Positions 1-13,480 of a stretch of DNA of 64,000 bases are shown piece by piece. The first letter of the stretch is position 1. Every line of letters begins with the position of its first letter. The stretch comes from the human T2T-CHM13v2.0 reference genome, Homo sapiens, in the NCBI RefSeq assembly GCF_009914755.1, contig NC_060942.1, one strand, 5' to 3'. Both the position numbers and the translations under genes were made by a program. The notes beneath the pieces are model-generated. The model saw only the letters and a list, made by a program, of their open reading frames with translations. It had not been told where the DNA came from and did not search any database.

Positions 1-330
1 AACTGCAATGAACAGCAAGATAAAACTCATGCCCATATAAACACTGAACTGTTTTTAAAATATTGTTGGGGAATTTCATGTCAAAGATAACCCCTAGATA
101 TAGGAAATTATCTTATGCAAACATGAAAGTTTATGCTTATGTCAGTTACAGCAATGACCAACTTGCTGGCAAATAATTTCCAGCAACTAAAGCTCTTCTA
201 TTGCCATTCCAGAGGAAGAAGCTGCAAAAGAGGAATAAAGAAACTAAAAGCAACAAAACCAAACTTAAAAAAAAAAAGGCAAAGGTTCTGAACTGCAAAG
301 GAAATTGTCATACCATTAACTCTGCTGAAT
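1..330 (+). pseudogene. Possible decayed Tc1/mariner-superfamily (pogo/Tc2-type, DDE_1) transposase relic; right boundary uncertain
   Basis: Frame +1 reads DKTHAH-I-NTELFL...GISCQR*PLDIG. This resembles the DxxxAH...IPGGxTxxLQPLDx motifs of pogo/Tc2 transposases, but it needs a stop repair (TAA at 88-90), a frameshift and a roughly 10-aa deletion. Confidence 0.35.
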
Positions 331-1235
331 GAAAGAGGAATACAGCCTCCTCCGGTTCTTACAGTTGTGTATAAAATAAGGTAGCAGATTAGAAATAGAG
401 AAGATATGCTAAAGATGAGATGTGACTGATGACAGCAGACAGCAAAGGAAGGAAGTATAATTGCTAACATGAAATAAAAGTGCTACAGAATGCAGGCCAT
501 TACCAGAGTAACAGGTCTACAGAGTTGAACCACCTAGAACCATAATGTTTATTCCAATGACTCTGAGACAACAAGAAAGTGTGAAATCCTTCTCATTGTT
601 ACCATTTAAGAAGACAGAGACTTAACTTAAAAATTTCTTCAAAATATTCAACATAAATATTAAACTGATTTTGTTTCTACTTGCTTTTACTTTGTATAAA
701 GGTATAACCTCAATTGTCTAAAAATATATATATAATGAAATTGATGAAACCTCTGTTATTACATCTGGGCAAGCAAATGACTTTGAGTCTGTATGGCAGA
801 TGAATGACTTATCGCCTGAGGTAAATGTTGCATCACAAAGGCAACTTTCAATAGAGTGATTGACTGTGTCCACAAATAGCAATCCATGTTGACTGCCAAT
901 AAGAAAAACAGTTGATGTGAGAGGATTTTTTCAAGAAGGGAAATAGTGATTTAACACTGCCACCATACAACATGGGTCCTTATTAGAACTTCATTGCCCA
1001 TATGTTTGGTCATAATATTGATTGACTCCATTAGAGGAAAAAGCAAACTTTTTGGTAACATTAAACCAAGCAACTCGTGTGTCATACCTTGGTATACCCT
1101 TCAAAAGTGGTGGTGAATCTAAAAAGATTCAGAACTTCTAGTTTAGACAAGAAATAGAGAAATCATAGGCATGGCCATGTTTGAGTCACAGCCTGTTTTG
1201 GTCTGGTCATCTCTTTTTCTCCTCCTTTGATTACC

Positions 1236-1609
1236 TTTATTTTAATAAAGAGTTGTGGATACATAGTAGCTGTATATATTTATAGAGTACATGAGATGTT
1301 TTGATACAGGTATGCAAAGTGAAATAACCACATCATGGAAATGGAGTGTCATCTTCTCAAGCATTACCCATTGAGTTACAAACAATCTAATTACACTCTT
1401 TATTTTAAAATGTGCACTTAAGTTATTATTGACTATAGTCACTCTGTTGTGCTATCAAATCATAGGTCTTATTCTTTCTTTCTTATTTTTTGGTACCCAT
1501 TAACCATCCCTACCACACCTAACCCTACCCTTCCCAGCATCCAGTGACCATTCTTCTACACTCTATGTTCATGAGTTCAACTGCTTTGATTTTTAAATCC
1601 CATAAATAA
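1236..1609 (-). mobile_element. L1MA-type LINE-1 3' UTR fragment
   Basis: Typical antisense L1MA 3'-end text: gtacatgagatgttttgatacagg, ttgactatagtcactctgttgtgctatcaaat, gtacccattaaccatccc. Confidence 0.85.
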
Positions 1610-1774
1610 TGTCTGGTGATAGTATCCAGTCTCATTATTTCAAATATCACCTATGTACTGACAACTTGCTTCCCAGCTCATATTTTTCTCCTAAATTTTA
1701 GCTTATGCCCTCAACAATCTATTCAACATTTTCTCTTCAGGCATGCATTAGACATATGTTTAAAACTGGAATGG

Positions 1775-2054
1775 TGGGAGGCTGAGGCAGGTGGATGATG
1801 AGGTCAGGAGTTCAAGACCAGCCTGGCCAAGATGGTGAAACCCTGTTTCTACTAAAAATACAAAAAAATTAGACATGCATGGTGGTAGGCACCTGTAATC
1901 CCAGCTACTCAGGAGGCTGAGGCAGATAATTGCTTGAACCCAGGAGGCAGAGGTTGCAATAAGCCGAGATTGCGCCACTGCACTCCAGACTGGGTGACAG
2001 AGAGAGACTCTGTCTCAAAAACAAACAAACAAACAACAAAACAATAACAAAAAA
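1775..2054 (+). mobile_element. AluS (Sg-like), 5'-truncated by about 40 nt
   Basis: Alu body starts at tgggaggctgaggcagg and has an (AAAC)n/A tail. 13-bp TSD aaaactggaatgg at 1762-1774 and 2055-2067. Confidence 0.95.
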
Positions 2055-3889
2055 AAAACTGGAATGGATGGGGTCTTAGTTGATCTTTAAAGATAGTTAG
2101 GATTTGACAAAGAAGAGAGGATGGGAAGCAAACATATGAGAAGAGAGCAGCACAAGAACATAGCATACATAGGCCAGGAGATAGAGAAAAGTCTTGGTAC
2201 AACTATCATAAATGGGACTCTTATTTTGCAGAGAGAAAATAGTACATTTTTTCTCAATATGATAGAGAAAAAAGAATGGGAAATTCTTCACTATCTCTAT
2301 GAAGAAATCAAATTAAACATGAGACCAAAGGAGCTAAACATTTCAGCATAATGGCTTTTTATCATTTTAAGATTGCAAGTGTCCCCCAAATTCTAATTAA
2401 TAAATCACCTATTGCAATCTCCTCAGAATTCTAAGTAATTCCCCCACCTTCAATAAAAAGAGAAGAGCAGAGAAGAGAGATCTAAATGTATTTTATCATT
2501 TCTTTGGCTTGCGTTCAAGTTCTATGCTGAGTCAAAGCCCAGCTCAAAAATTAGTCAGGCTGTGCCCCAGCCCTCATCATATTTAAGTGGTGATAGCTTT
2601 TATTGCTGCAGCCCATGTTACTGTCATCCAACTCTTTCCCAGCAGCAGTGAACTTAGAGACAATAGGATAGCAGGAATCTTCTTTTATGTCTCCTCTTTA
2701 CCCCTAAACTTTATTGCCTGTGCATTGCAAGAACAAGCCTGAAAAAATGAGTCAATTTCCAAACACAGTCTAAAATCCCAAAAGGTAAGATATAACCATC
2801 TGGAGTACAACAAGCACATCATATTTTTTTTTTCTTTAGCAAGATACTTCTGAGTCTTATGGAAGGAATCCTAGTAGGCAAAGTCCTACTAGCTGTTTGT
2901 AACTCCTTAAAAAATTAAAAAAAAATAAAACGGCAATGTTTCTTTAATGTCACAGTCTGAATTATAAGCAGAGAGTTGGCACATCTCTCATTTTATTCAT
3001 TCTAATTACAATTGCCTTGTCACTGACATGCCAACCTGACGGAGAGCAAATCAGGTAGCAAATCCCCAGGGGCCGCTTAGTAACAGGAAGGCTGTCTCCA
3101 GTGGAATCAACGTGACAATTTCTTCTCTCCCTCTTCAAAGTCGAGAGTCCCCCTGGACAAATTCACATTTGATTATTTTCACTAGGCTCTCTGTCTTCAA
3201 CTGCTTGATTAGCGTCTCACTCACCTAAGAAATTAGACTAAAGTTTGTGACCATTAAAAGGAAACCATGGTATATGCATGGGTGCCTGCTCATGCATGCA
3301 GCACATCTATGGAAAACCATTTTCTTAATGGAGCATCAAGAGTTGGCACCAAGGATATTTTGTAACGGCTACTGTAAGCGTGTATTTGTGTATGTGTACA
3401 TGTGCATGTGTTGCTGTTTATGTTATTAGCAGGTGATCTTTTACAAACACTTTAGCTCAGAAATATGAAGTCAGTTTGAAAAACATAGGCAAGGGTGTTG
3501 TGGTTGGCTCATTGGTGTCTGATTCTTCTTTCTCCAACTTTACTACAGGTATGCTTAGAGATGGGCCTGTTGTTACTAAAGTGTTTAGCATAAAACTGCA
3601 TTCTTTCTGGTAAAACACATTTCTATAGAATGATGCAAGTAACTTTAGAGGATAATAATTAGAACTCATAATTAGTATGCCAAGAACAGAATTTTTATAT
3701 TAAACAAAAAATATTCTAAGAAAATTACCAGGATATGTTCCCCTTATCCTTTCACAAACCCTTGCTTTGGACTGACCAGTGACCAAGGAAATAGGTTAGA
3801 AAAGGGACAGAAGGAGCCAGAATTCTGCCTTCAGAACCCTTCATCCTGCCTCTCCCCTGATGTCTTCCTTCATCGCTCTAGTGGATAGA

Positions 3890-4033
3890 AAAAATTGTTT
3901 CAAACTTAGGTGTATATAAAAAGCAGGTAACCTGGGCTTCTGGTCTAGACATTCTGCCTTACCATAGGTAGTGTAGCCCAGAATTCTATATTTTACCAAT
4001 CATTAGGGTGATTATATTAGAAACAGGACTATA
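3890..4033. mobile_element. Degenerate MER5-like hAT MITE
   Basis: Weak similarity to MER5A (ttttcaaactt...cccagaattctatattttaccaa...gggtgattat). Confidence 0.35.
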
Positions 4034-4699
4034 GTCATTCTTTCAATTCCAAAATCTTAGGATGATAATGTATGTATCATAAAATTGGCCCTTTGCTCAG
4101 CGAGGATGCACATCTAATTATGGTGTATGACAGCTCCTCCCAAGTAATTTCCAAGTAAGAACTGAATATTAACATTTTCTCTTTGCTACATAACACTTTA
4201 TACATAATAAATGTTCAATAAATATTTGCTGATATGAATTGATTTAATGAAGAAACCAAAGCCATTTTATTTGTGCCTTTCTATCTGGAAGCAAAAGTTT
4301 CCTTTGCCAACGCATAGACCATATCACTTTAGAATTGTAACTTATTTTAGAAGAACATTAGTGTATTCAAGGAGATTGGCTATGGATGACTAGCTCTCCC
4401 ATGGGACGGCAGATTTTTCAGCTATGGCTCCAGCTCAGAGGAGGTGAAATGATTCAGTGTTGTTTCTGTCCAGTGCACTGTTGATGGTTCAGCTCCTCCA
4501 CTCATGGCCACCTGAGCTGCTCAAGCTTAAAAAATACACCTTTTCCTAGAAGTAGAAGGTCAACCAACAAGAATAGAGTTATATCAGCCAGCATAGAGAT
4601 GAACTACCATAGCTGTAGAGTTTTGTGCCAAAAAATAGGTTCATATTCTCCTTCATGCTTGGAGGAGATTACCAAATTGAATTATCAGCTGTCCATGTG

Positions 4700-4990
4700 A
4701 CAGTTCTGTGTCCAGTGCTTTGGTGCTTCAGGGAATATAGGGCAGCAAGATTTTGTCTTTGCTCTCAAGTAGCTTCCAGTTTAGTAGGGAGATAGACAAT
4801 AAACATGCATAAAGCAGTATAAGAAAGACATTTTAAAGAATGCTTAATGACAACTGATATCACAGGGGAACTACCTCCTTATTTGCTAAATGAGTAAAAG
4901 TACTAGAGCTGTTTAGGGAAGAGAGAAACAATCAGATAGGATAACTGGGAAAACAATCTGCAAGGGGTAGGTGAATATGGCTGAGACAGA
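4700..4990 (-). mobile_element. L2 LINE fragment
   Basis: gtctttgctctcaagtagcttccagtttagtagggagatagacaataaaca matches the antisense L2 3' region. Confidence 0.65.
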
Positions 4991-7900
4991 AAAATGAGTA
5001 GGTTTAAATACGAAGATTTGTCAACCTGAGCAGAGGTAGCCCCTACCAGAAGTTTAAGGAAGGCAAAGCTGCCCTCTTTTTTCTTCTTTTGTCCCTACTG
5101 CAATGTGAGATGCATACACAGTTCCATTGCATTAGACCTGCCCTTTCTGATTGGAATCCTTTCGTTCTCCCCAACCACCAAAAGCTTTTAGAGTCATATG
5201 TTTACATATTTCCTAATTCTTACCTAATACAATATCTTTACAACCTATTTTGCTTTTAACTGGTATATTGCATATTTATTTTTTAATTTTTACACACATC
5301 CTTCTACTCATTGAAACTTCTCTCCAGTATTTTATTTTCATGGTGCCAACTGAAAAATCAGTTAATTAATCCATACAAAAATAATAAATAAAAAACTCAA
5401 GGAACATCTAGAATAACAGATATATCCCTCATTTAGGATATATAGACCAGTAGGGATACACTTTTCAGAGAGACTTGGGAAAAGCTTCAGGCCACAGCAA
5501 AAGGGCTGTGACTGGATGGAGAGTGAGACCTTAGCAGCACAAGAGATGCTCTTAAGTATACACAGGTTAGAAGTCTTATTTTTTATTTCATCATATTTCT
5601 AGGCTTGTTCTGATCCTAATAACACTTGGTCACAGAAACAATGCTCCTTAGTTTGATTCTTTCCAGAATGACTGTAGCATCCCATTACTTATAAGGGAAG
5701 GACCCTTTTGAGCCTCTATGATGGGATTTCTTCCTAGGTCTTCAACCTCAGCTGCCATCACTCACTTGCCTGCACTGATAATTTATTCATTATTCTCCTG
5801 ATGCACCTTGCATATTCCTGTCTTAGCATTTTGCTCAAATGTTGTGTCCTGCATCCAAAGACATTTGTCCTCCCCTTTTACCTACCCAAGTCCATCCAGC
5901 CAGAGCCAGACAAAGCCCAGGGGTTTTTGAGACATCATTGATTCTTCTCTCATCTACAGCCTTGGATGTAGAAGCTGAGACATTTTAGCATGTATGACTG
6001 TATTAATTGCATGTGTGCATATGTATGTATGTGGCTGCAGAGAATTAGAAGACATTCTTTATCTAAATGTGTGTTACTTTAAAAGGATAAACTTTTAGTT
6101 ATAGAGGCTGGAATTCATTTGTTTTGGAACCCTTTGTCTCAGAGGTTGGAGGGGGCATCTAATAGGTTTTTACAGGTCCAGGTAGGACTTGGTGGAGACT
6201 ACAAAGGAAATTCCACTTCCTAACCACATCAAGTCTTCCTAATCGACTTGGTTGCCCCAGAATAGGAGTAGAAGTTGAATACATTTCAGATGCTGCTCTC
6301 CACCTCTTGCCAAGTCCTGCAGAATAAAGTGAGTTGCATATATTTGGGCAGCTTAGGATGTATGTAAAATGTAAGGAGACAATCTTTTACAAAAACATTG
6401 TTCTTTTTAGGGTTATGATGGATACCACACATTCCTGTGAGTAGGGGTTAATTGTATGTATATGAGACCCAAAGAAAGTTTTCTATTCTTCAAATAATTG
6501 CTTTCAGTGTATTTTTAATAGCAGATTAAACAGTTCAGTCTGCGTGGACGTGGACCAATAAAACTTATTTGTAGTATTCAGTGGATGGCTCTGGTAATCA
6601 TAGATAGTTGCAAAACCACCTTTCCCTCCCGGTAACAAGTGAACCAACAGAAATGTTTCTCAACTACAAGCAGCATGTTTAAAAGACAAACTCAAGTGTG
6701 ACTGAAAGCTAATATAAATCAATCACCATTAAAACTTTTTGAAATACATCTCTCTTTTTCCTTGGCTCTTTCATGTCAATACCAATGAGCATATTGTAAT
6801 TTCTCAAAACCTTAAGAGGATGAAGATATCAGTAGCCATTTACATAAGCACAGGCACAGAAATGCTACTAAAATGGGTGGAAACAAATCCTAACCAAATG
6901 GTAAGTATTTTAAAACATCTTTAAACATGTCCCAGAGGTAAATCATATAATTACTCACTTAATAAATTCATTTATAGCTTTGGGAGGAAGAGAGCAGATT
7001 AAGTGATAAGGAGTGTTGGGAGAAATGAAATGTTTTCCATGCTAAGAACAGTAGCTTTGAGATTCAATAGTGTTGAAAAAAAGCAGGAAGGCAATTCTAG
7101 TAACAGGCACCTGCAGAACAATGGACTCAATCGCAAACTGGAGACTTTATAGAAAGTGTGGGGAGTTTTCTAATATGGAGGGAATTCATATAAAATAAAG
7201 TTTAATTTAGACTTAGAAAATGTACCTAGTGTGGGAATGATTCCCTGATAATGCAGAAAACTACAGAAAATGTGTTAAAATAATTTATAGGGTCCAGTTG
7301 TACTTGATCAGATGATTAACGGTATTCCATCTGCTTTCCAAATATTCCCACCTTCCACTAATTCCTCTGAAATTTTGCCATTTCAGTCAGGCTGAAATTT
7401 ATTAGCACCCACTTACTGTGATTTACATTCAGAATGATTTGCATGCCTCTTGCCTGGGCTCCTGCATGCCTTTATTAGGAATGCAGCTTATTTGGTGGCT
7501 CATGTGATTTATAAGCATTTGGCAAGTCTGCCCTTCTATTCTTTTTTTCACCTTTTGATTTATGCAAGGGCAGAGTTATATTCCTGAGGCTCATTCATTC
7601 CCTACGAAATTAATTTTTTTAAACTGAAGTCTCCCCATTTGGTTAAAACCAAATGTGACAAATTAGATTCAATATCCTTTTCTTGGATACAACAAAAACA
7701 GTAGTTATAATTAGGACTTCTCTTTGGTAAAATTTTGAATTAGGTGAAGCTTGTATACAGTGGCTGTGGGCTCATGTTCTCTCCCTATTACCCAACCCTG
7801 TTTTTATACTTTATCTCAAAATTACATTTTCTTGTTTTCCTATATGAAGTGCCCTACCCTCACATTGTCTGTCTACTACCTTTTTCACCCTTACAGGATC

Positions 7901-8049
7901 ATTGTTCACTGGCCTGCCCTTAACTGTGAAGAAAAAAAAAAAAGATCTAATAAAATTACACCACCACAATGAGAATCCTCCCCACCTCCATGAGACAGCT
8001 GGGATTTGAAATGGGACACTTAGAGAAACAATGCCTTAATTATAACTTC

Positions 8050-8190
8050 ATAATTTATAATGGGCCATTCACATACATTATCTAATTTGATATTTAAAAC
8101 ACTCTTCAAGATAATTATTATATATACATCAGTTTTACATGTAGAGAAACTATGGCTCGGGAAAAAGAGGAAATTTAGGGTAAGACAGTG
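8050..8190 (-). mobile_element. MIR fragment
   Basis: cattatctaatttgat...ttttacatgtagagaaactatggctc resembles the antisense MIR core. Confidence 0.5.
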
Positions 8191-9199
8191 GGCAGTGGGG
8201 TGTCCCAAGCCTAGTCATGTATCAATGAACTCTATTTGTTCCCCACTCCTCCACTGGCTCCTTTGTACTAAGAGACAATCTATTTAACAGAGTTTTGGTT
8301 TCTGGAACAGGCTGTGAGATGCATCTATAGGCTGGAAAGATTTCTTATATCTTTTAAGTCAAATTACCTAGGTAGTTTCCTATTCTGCCTAAAAGTATGA
8401 AAGAGCAGGAAAAAACACATCAAGAAAAGTTTGGGTGAAACTACAGGGGAATCTTTAATTTAGGAGACTATCTCATGAGACTGAATGCAACATGAAACAG
8501 TCCACAGAAATCATTCTTGTCAGGTTCTTCAATCAACCTATTTCCATTTTTAGACTATGGCATAGTCGGACAATATTATGGGAGAAACATGAACAGTGCT
8601 AGCCTAATTATACCATTACATATTTATTTCCCCCCTAGAGAGTCTAAGACTTTCCTAAGAGCCAAATAAGAAATGGCTGGCTGGAAAATCATTTTGAAAG
8701 ATTGTCTGACTTCAAGACACAAAATTTATCCATATATGGCATATGCAATTATCAGCTGAGTTGCACCAGTAGATTTTGTGAGAAAAATAAAATTACAGAA
8801 GACATATAAAATTTATAAAAATGTAACCAGATTTGGAAATTTATAATCAAATCTATTTCATTTGGCAAGTTCATTTTATCAGTGTATGCCACTTCACACC
8901 TGGAATGTATCCAAACATTTTCTTATTTGAACAAGTCATCATCAGCACTGTCTCCTATTTTCTACCTGTGCTAATTTTGCTCTTTTATGGTATTAGTGGA
9001 TAAGAGATGGTAGGAAAAAGCAAGCCTTCTAAGGAAAGTGAGGGAGAGAAGAGAGCGAGAAAGAGAGAAAAGAAAGAGGCCACATTATAAAAAGAGAATG
9101 GAGTCCAGTATTGTATTTGTCTACCTTAAAAATCGGTCAATTTGTTAGTTGCCCAATTTGTCTTTTTTTCATAGTGCTAACTTGTGCTACCATTTATAG

Positions 9200-9426
9200 C
9201 AGGGGTTGGTGAACTTTTCTTGTAAAAGTCTAGGTAGTAAATATTTTTAAGTTTTGTAGACCACATACTCAATCTCAATTCTCAACTCAATTCTACAGTT
9301 CTAGCATAAAAGCACCCTTATAAACTATGCAAATGAATGACTGTGGCTGTATTTCAAGAAAACTTTATTTACAGAAAAAAGCAAAAGGCTGGAAATGGCT
9401 TACAGATTGTATTTTGCCAACTTCTG
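9200..9426. mobile_element. MER58A (hAT-Charlie non-autonomous DNA transposon)
   Basis: Termini caggggttgg ... tttgccaacttctg, with internal gtagtaaatatttt and gtggctgtatttcaagaaaactttatttaca characteristic of MER58A. Confidence 0.85.
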
Positions 9427-9878
9427 TCCTATAAAGTTCACAGGGCATGAACGGCATGGTAATATATTTTAGAAGATAGATAGATTATTGTTTTTTCCCA
9501 ATGTCTCCATTATCAAAATGATTATAATAAACTAATTAAAAGACTGTAATAAGTTTAGTATTTTCATAGTAACCTTGAAATTTAGTATAAAATACCTCAT
9601 CAGAGTAACGTTAAAAACAATCATTTTGCTGAGCAAATGTCAAATGTCAAGCATCTTAAAGAAAATCAAGGAAAAAGCCCAAATTTTATTTTGCCTTCAG
9701 TGTCAATTCAGTTGATGAAAGTTAATACAAATTTGGGCCCCAAAATGCATTTCTGAGATTATAACCAAACACAAAAATTGCTTTTTTGTTGTACCCTGTA
9801 TGCACTTGACTTTTGTTCATGTCATGCTTCTGCTCTTCAGCAATTCTTCCCACCTAGGCTGCACCTTCTTGTCTGCTA

Positions 9879-9949
9879 TTAGGTTGGTACAACAGTAATT
9901 GCAGTAAAAAGTAATGACAAAAACCGCAATCACTGTTGCACAGACCTAA
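9879..9949. mobile_element. MADE1 (Hsmar1-derived MITE) with a roughly 10-bp internal deletion
   Basis: TIRs ttaggttggtacaacagtaattgc ... gcaatcactgttgcacagacctaa, flanked by a TA duplication (9877-9878 and 9950-9951). Confidence 0.9.
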
Positions 9950-10037
9950 TAGATTCATTGCAATCTTTCAAGGCCAATTTATGTCCCATACTTTTCCATA
10001 ATGCACAGTTAGTGGCCCCTACTGGCCATTTCTTTTT

Positions 10038-11424
<1,387 letters not shown>

Positions 11425-12645
11425 TGGCCATTTCTTTTTATATCTTCTCTACCATGTCTGTAAGCCTTCAAATCTAGTTCCATTGTCTCATGTTCTCATG
11501 ATCTGAGGGTGGACACATATCTTTGCATGTTCTCAGAAGCAGCTTTTTGTACAAAGAAGAACTTGCATTTTAAATCATTTATTCCCCGTTGCAAAGGTGG
11601 ACACTACAGAGTAGCCATACTACCAATTGTATTGCATGAAACAATGGGCATCTATGAGATGACTGGACAAAATATAAGACAAAATTTGGAGACGTACATA
11701 CTTGTTGTCATGTTTTTTATAGTATATTTAAACTTCTTATATCAGTTAACCCACATGAAGGGTAAAACTATAATTTTCATCTCAGTGTACAATGTTCAAA
11801 TCATCTCCTCTAATCTGCCCTATCCTTGAGAGTGAGCTTGGGTACATAACAAGCCTGAGTATTATCTCTACCTTGCAAATAAATATAAAAGCCAAGAAAT
11901 TTAAGGTGACTCACCCTATATGGCATAGTTGTAATTCTTGTTATAGACTACCTACAACAATATACAATCAGTCAAATGGAGTTTTTCACGATGTTTTGCC
12001 TTTTTGAGGACAATACAACCCTTATTACCAGAATTAAATGATCAAAGATAAAATTGCCTCCTAGAAACAATTTGAAACAAGCAAAAAGAAATGAACAAAA
12101 GCCTCAAAACATTTTTGCAGTAAAGAATGTAACCAGAACAGGTGCTTCCTCATGGGCACTTTGCAAAAACACAGCCTATTTGAAAATGCTCATTACATTC
12201 TCTTAATTTCTCTACCCTCATTCCTTAATAATTAAGGAATCAAATGCATGGTGATGATAACAGGACCCCATGCCTTAAGTGACCATCCCCATCTGCTCCT
12301 CATTCCCCACCTGAAGCTATCATCTTCCTTTTAGGCCATCGCCTGGGACAGCTGGAAAGCTGAGAGCGAGCTCATAAATATGAGGTTTCGAAATGCAACC
12401 AGACGGTTACAAAACCTATAATGGATTTGAGGTTTCTAACTCCTGGGGTATTGGCTTTCTTTCCTTTAGTAAAGATGCCTTTTTATGTTTGGTGCTCCCA
12501 CCACTTCTTCAAAAGAGTGCGGTATGGTTTCCCCACTGAAGATGAAGAGATGTCAGATTTCCTCCTACTTACAAATATTCTTCCTAAGCCTGAATAATGA
12601 AGGAAGGCTTGGGTTTCTTTCATTTTATTCTGTTGGTAAAAAAAT

Positions 12646-12652
<7 letters not shown>

Positions 12653-12690
<38 letters not shown>
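12653..12690. repeat. (CA)19 microsatellite
   Basis: Read directly from the sequence. Confidence 0.98.
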
Positions 12691-12693
<3 letters not shown>

Positions 12694-13369
12694 TCCTAAA
12701 TGCAGCATAGGATTATCTGTTTTCATGTTTAATGACTAAGATCAAGTGTCTAACTTAAAAATCCCACGTTTGCTACTAAAAGAAAAGGGGGAAAAGGAAA
12801 AATTCAAAGTATATTTTTGAGCCTGGTATCAGGGAGGTGAGGGAGAGATGGACCTGGGAAATATGCAAAGTTGATCTCCTCACATAAAATATAAAAGGAA
12901 AAGAGGAAGGACATATAAAAGGTAAAACATTGTGACAAGAGAAGAAAAGCAAGCCAATGGAAGTTGTTGATGTAACTGTAGAAGAAAGGCACCTTGATTG
13001 AGTAGACAATGCTGCTGTTTGTAAATCTCTTGCCAAGAAGCTATGTAGACTTCGGCAAGTATATGAAACAGTTCAGAGGTTTGCTATACTCATCTGTCAT
13101 GTAGGATTAGCAATAATATCCCATGTTTGAGCACCAAGCAGCAAGATTCTTTGCCAGACACTGTTGGTTATATCCTAAGAGCCATTACACCTAGCTTCCT
13201 CCTTGATAAAGATTTCTAACCTTGTTTAATATTGGATGATTGTATCCTCCCTGGCTCTTTCTTCTGCTGTGTGATGAAAGCTAATTAGTCTAAGCATTCA
13301 TGACCATTTATTCAGCTTTGCCTGCTCTGAGTTCACTCAAGGACATATGACAGCCAAACCTCACCAATG

Positions 13370-13480
13370 ATATGGAAGGAAACTTCTGCTGGAGAGATTC
13401 AGGAAAAGCAACTTGCCCAAGGTCAACACAGTTGTAGGCAGCTGAGCCAAGATTCAAACCCAGGAAGTCTGACTTGGTCT
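13370..13480 (-). mobile_element. MIR fragment
   Basis: aacttgcccaaggtcaacacag...gagccaagattcaaacccaggaagtctgact. Confidence 0.8.

Noticed and set aside
6816-6906. Strong donor ATG|GTAAGT at 6900 with a possible upstream exon
   Set aside because: The acceptor is poor and the peptide is not recognisable; isolated donors are common.
12483-12739. ORFs with CVCVCV or HTHTHT runs (also 23021-23352)
   Set aside because: These are translations of (CA)n microsatellites.
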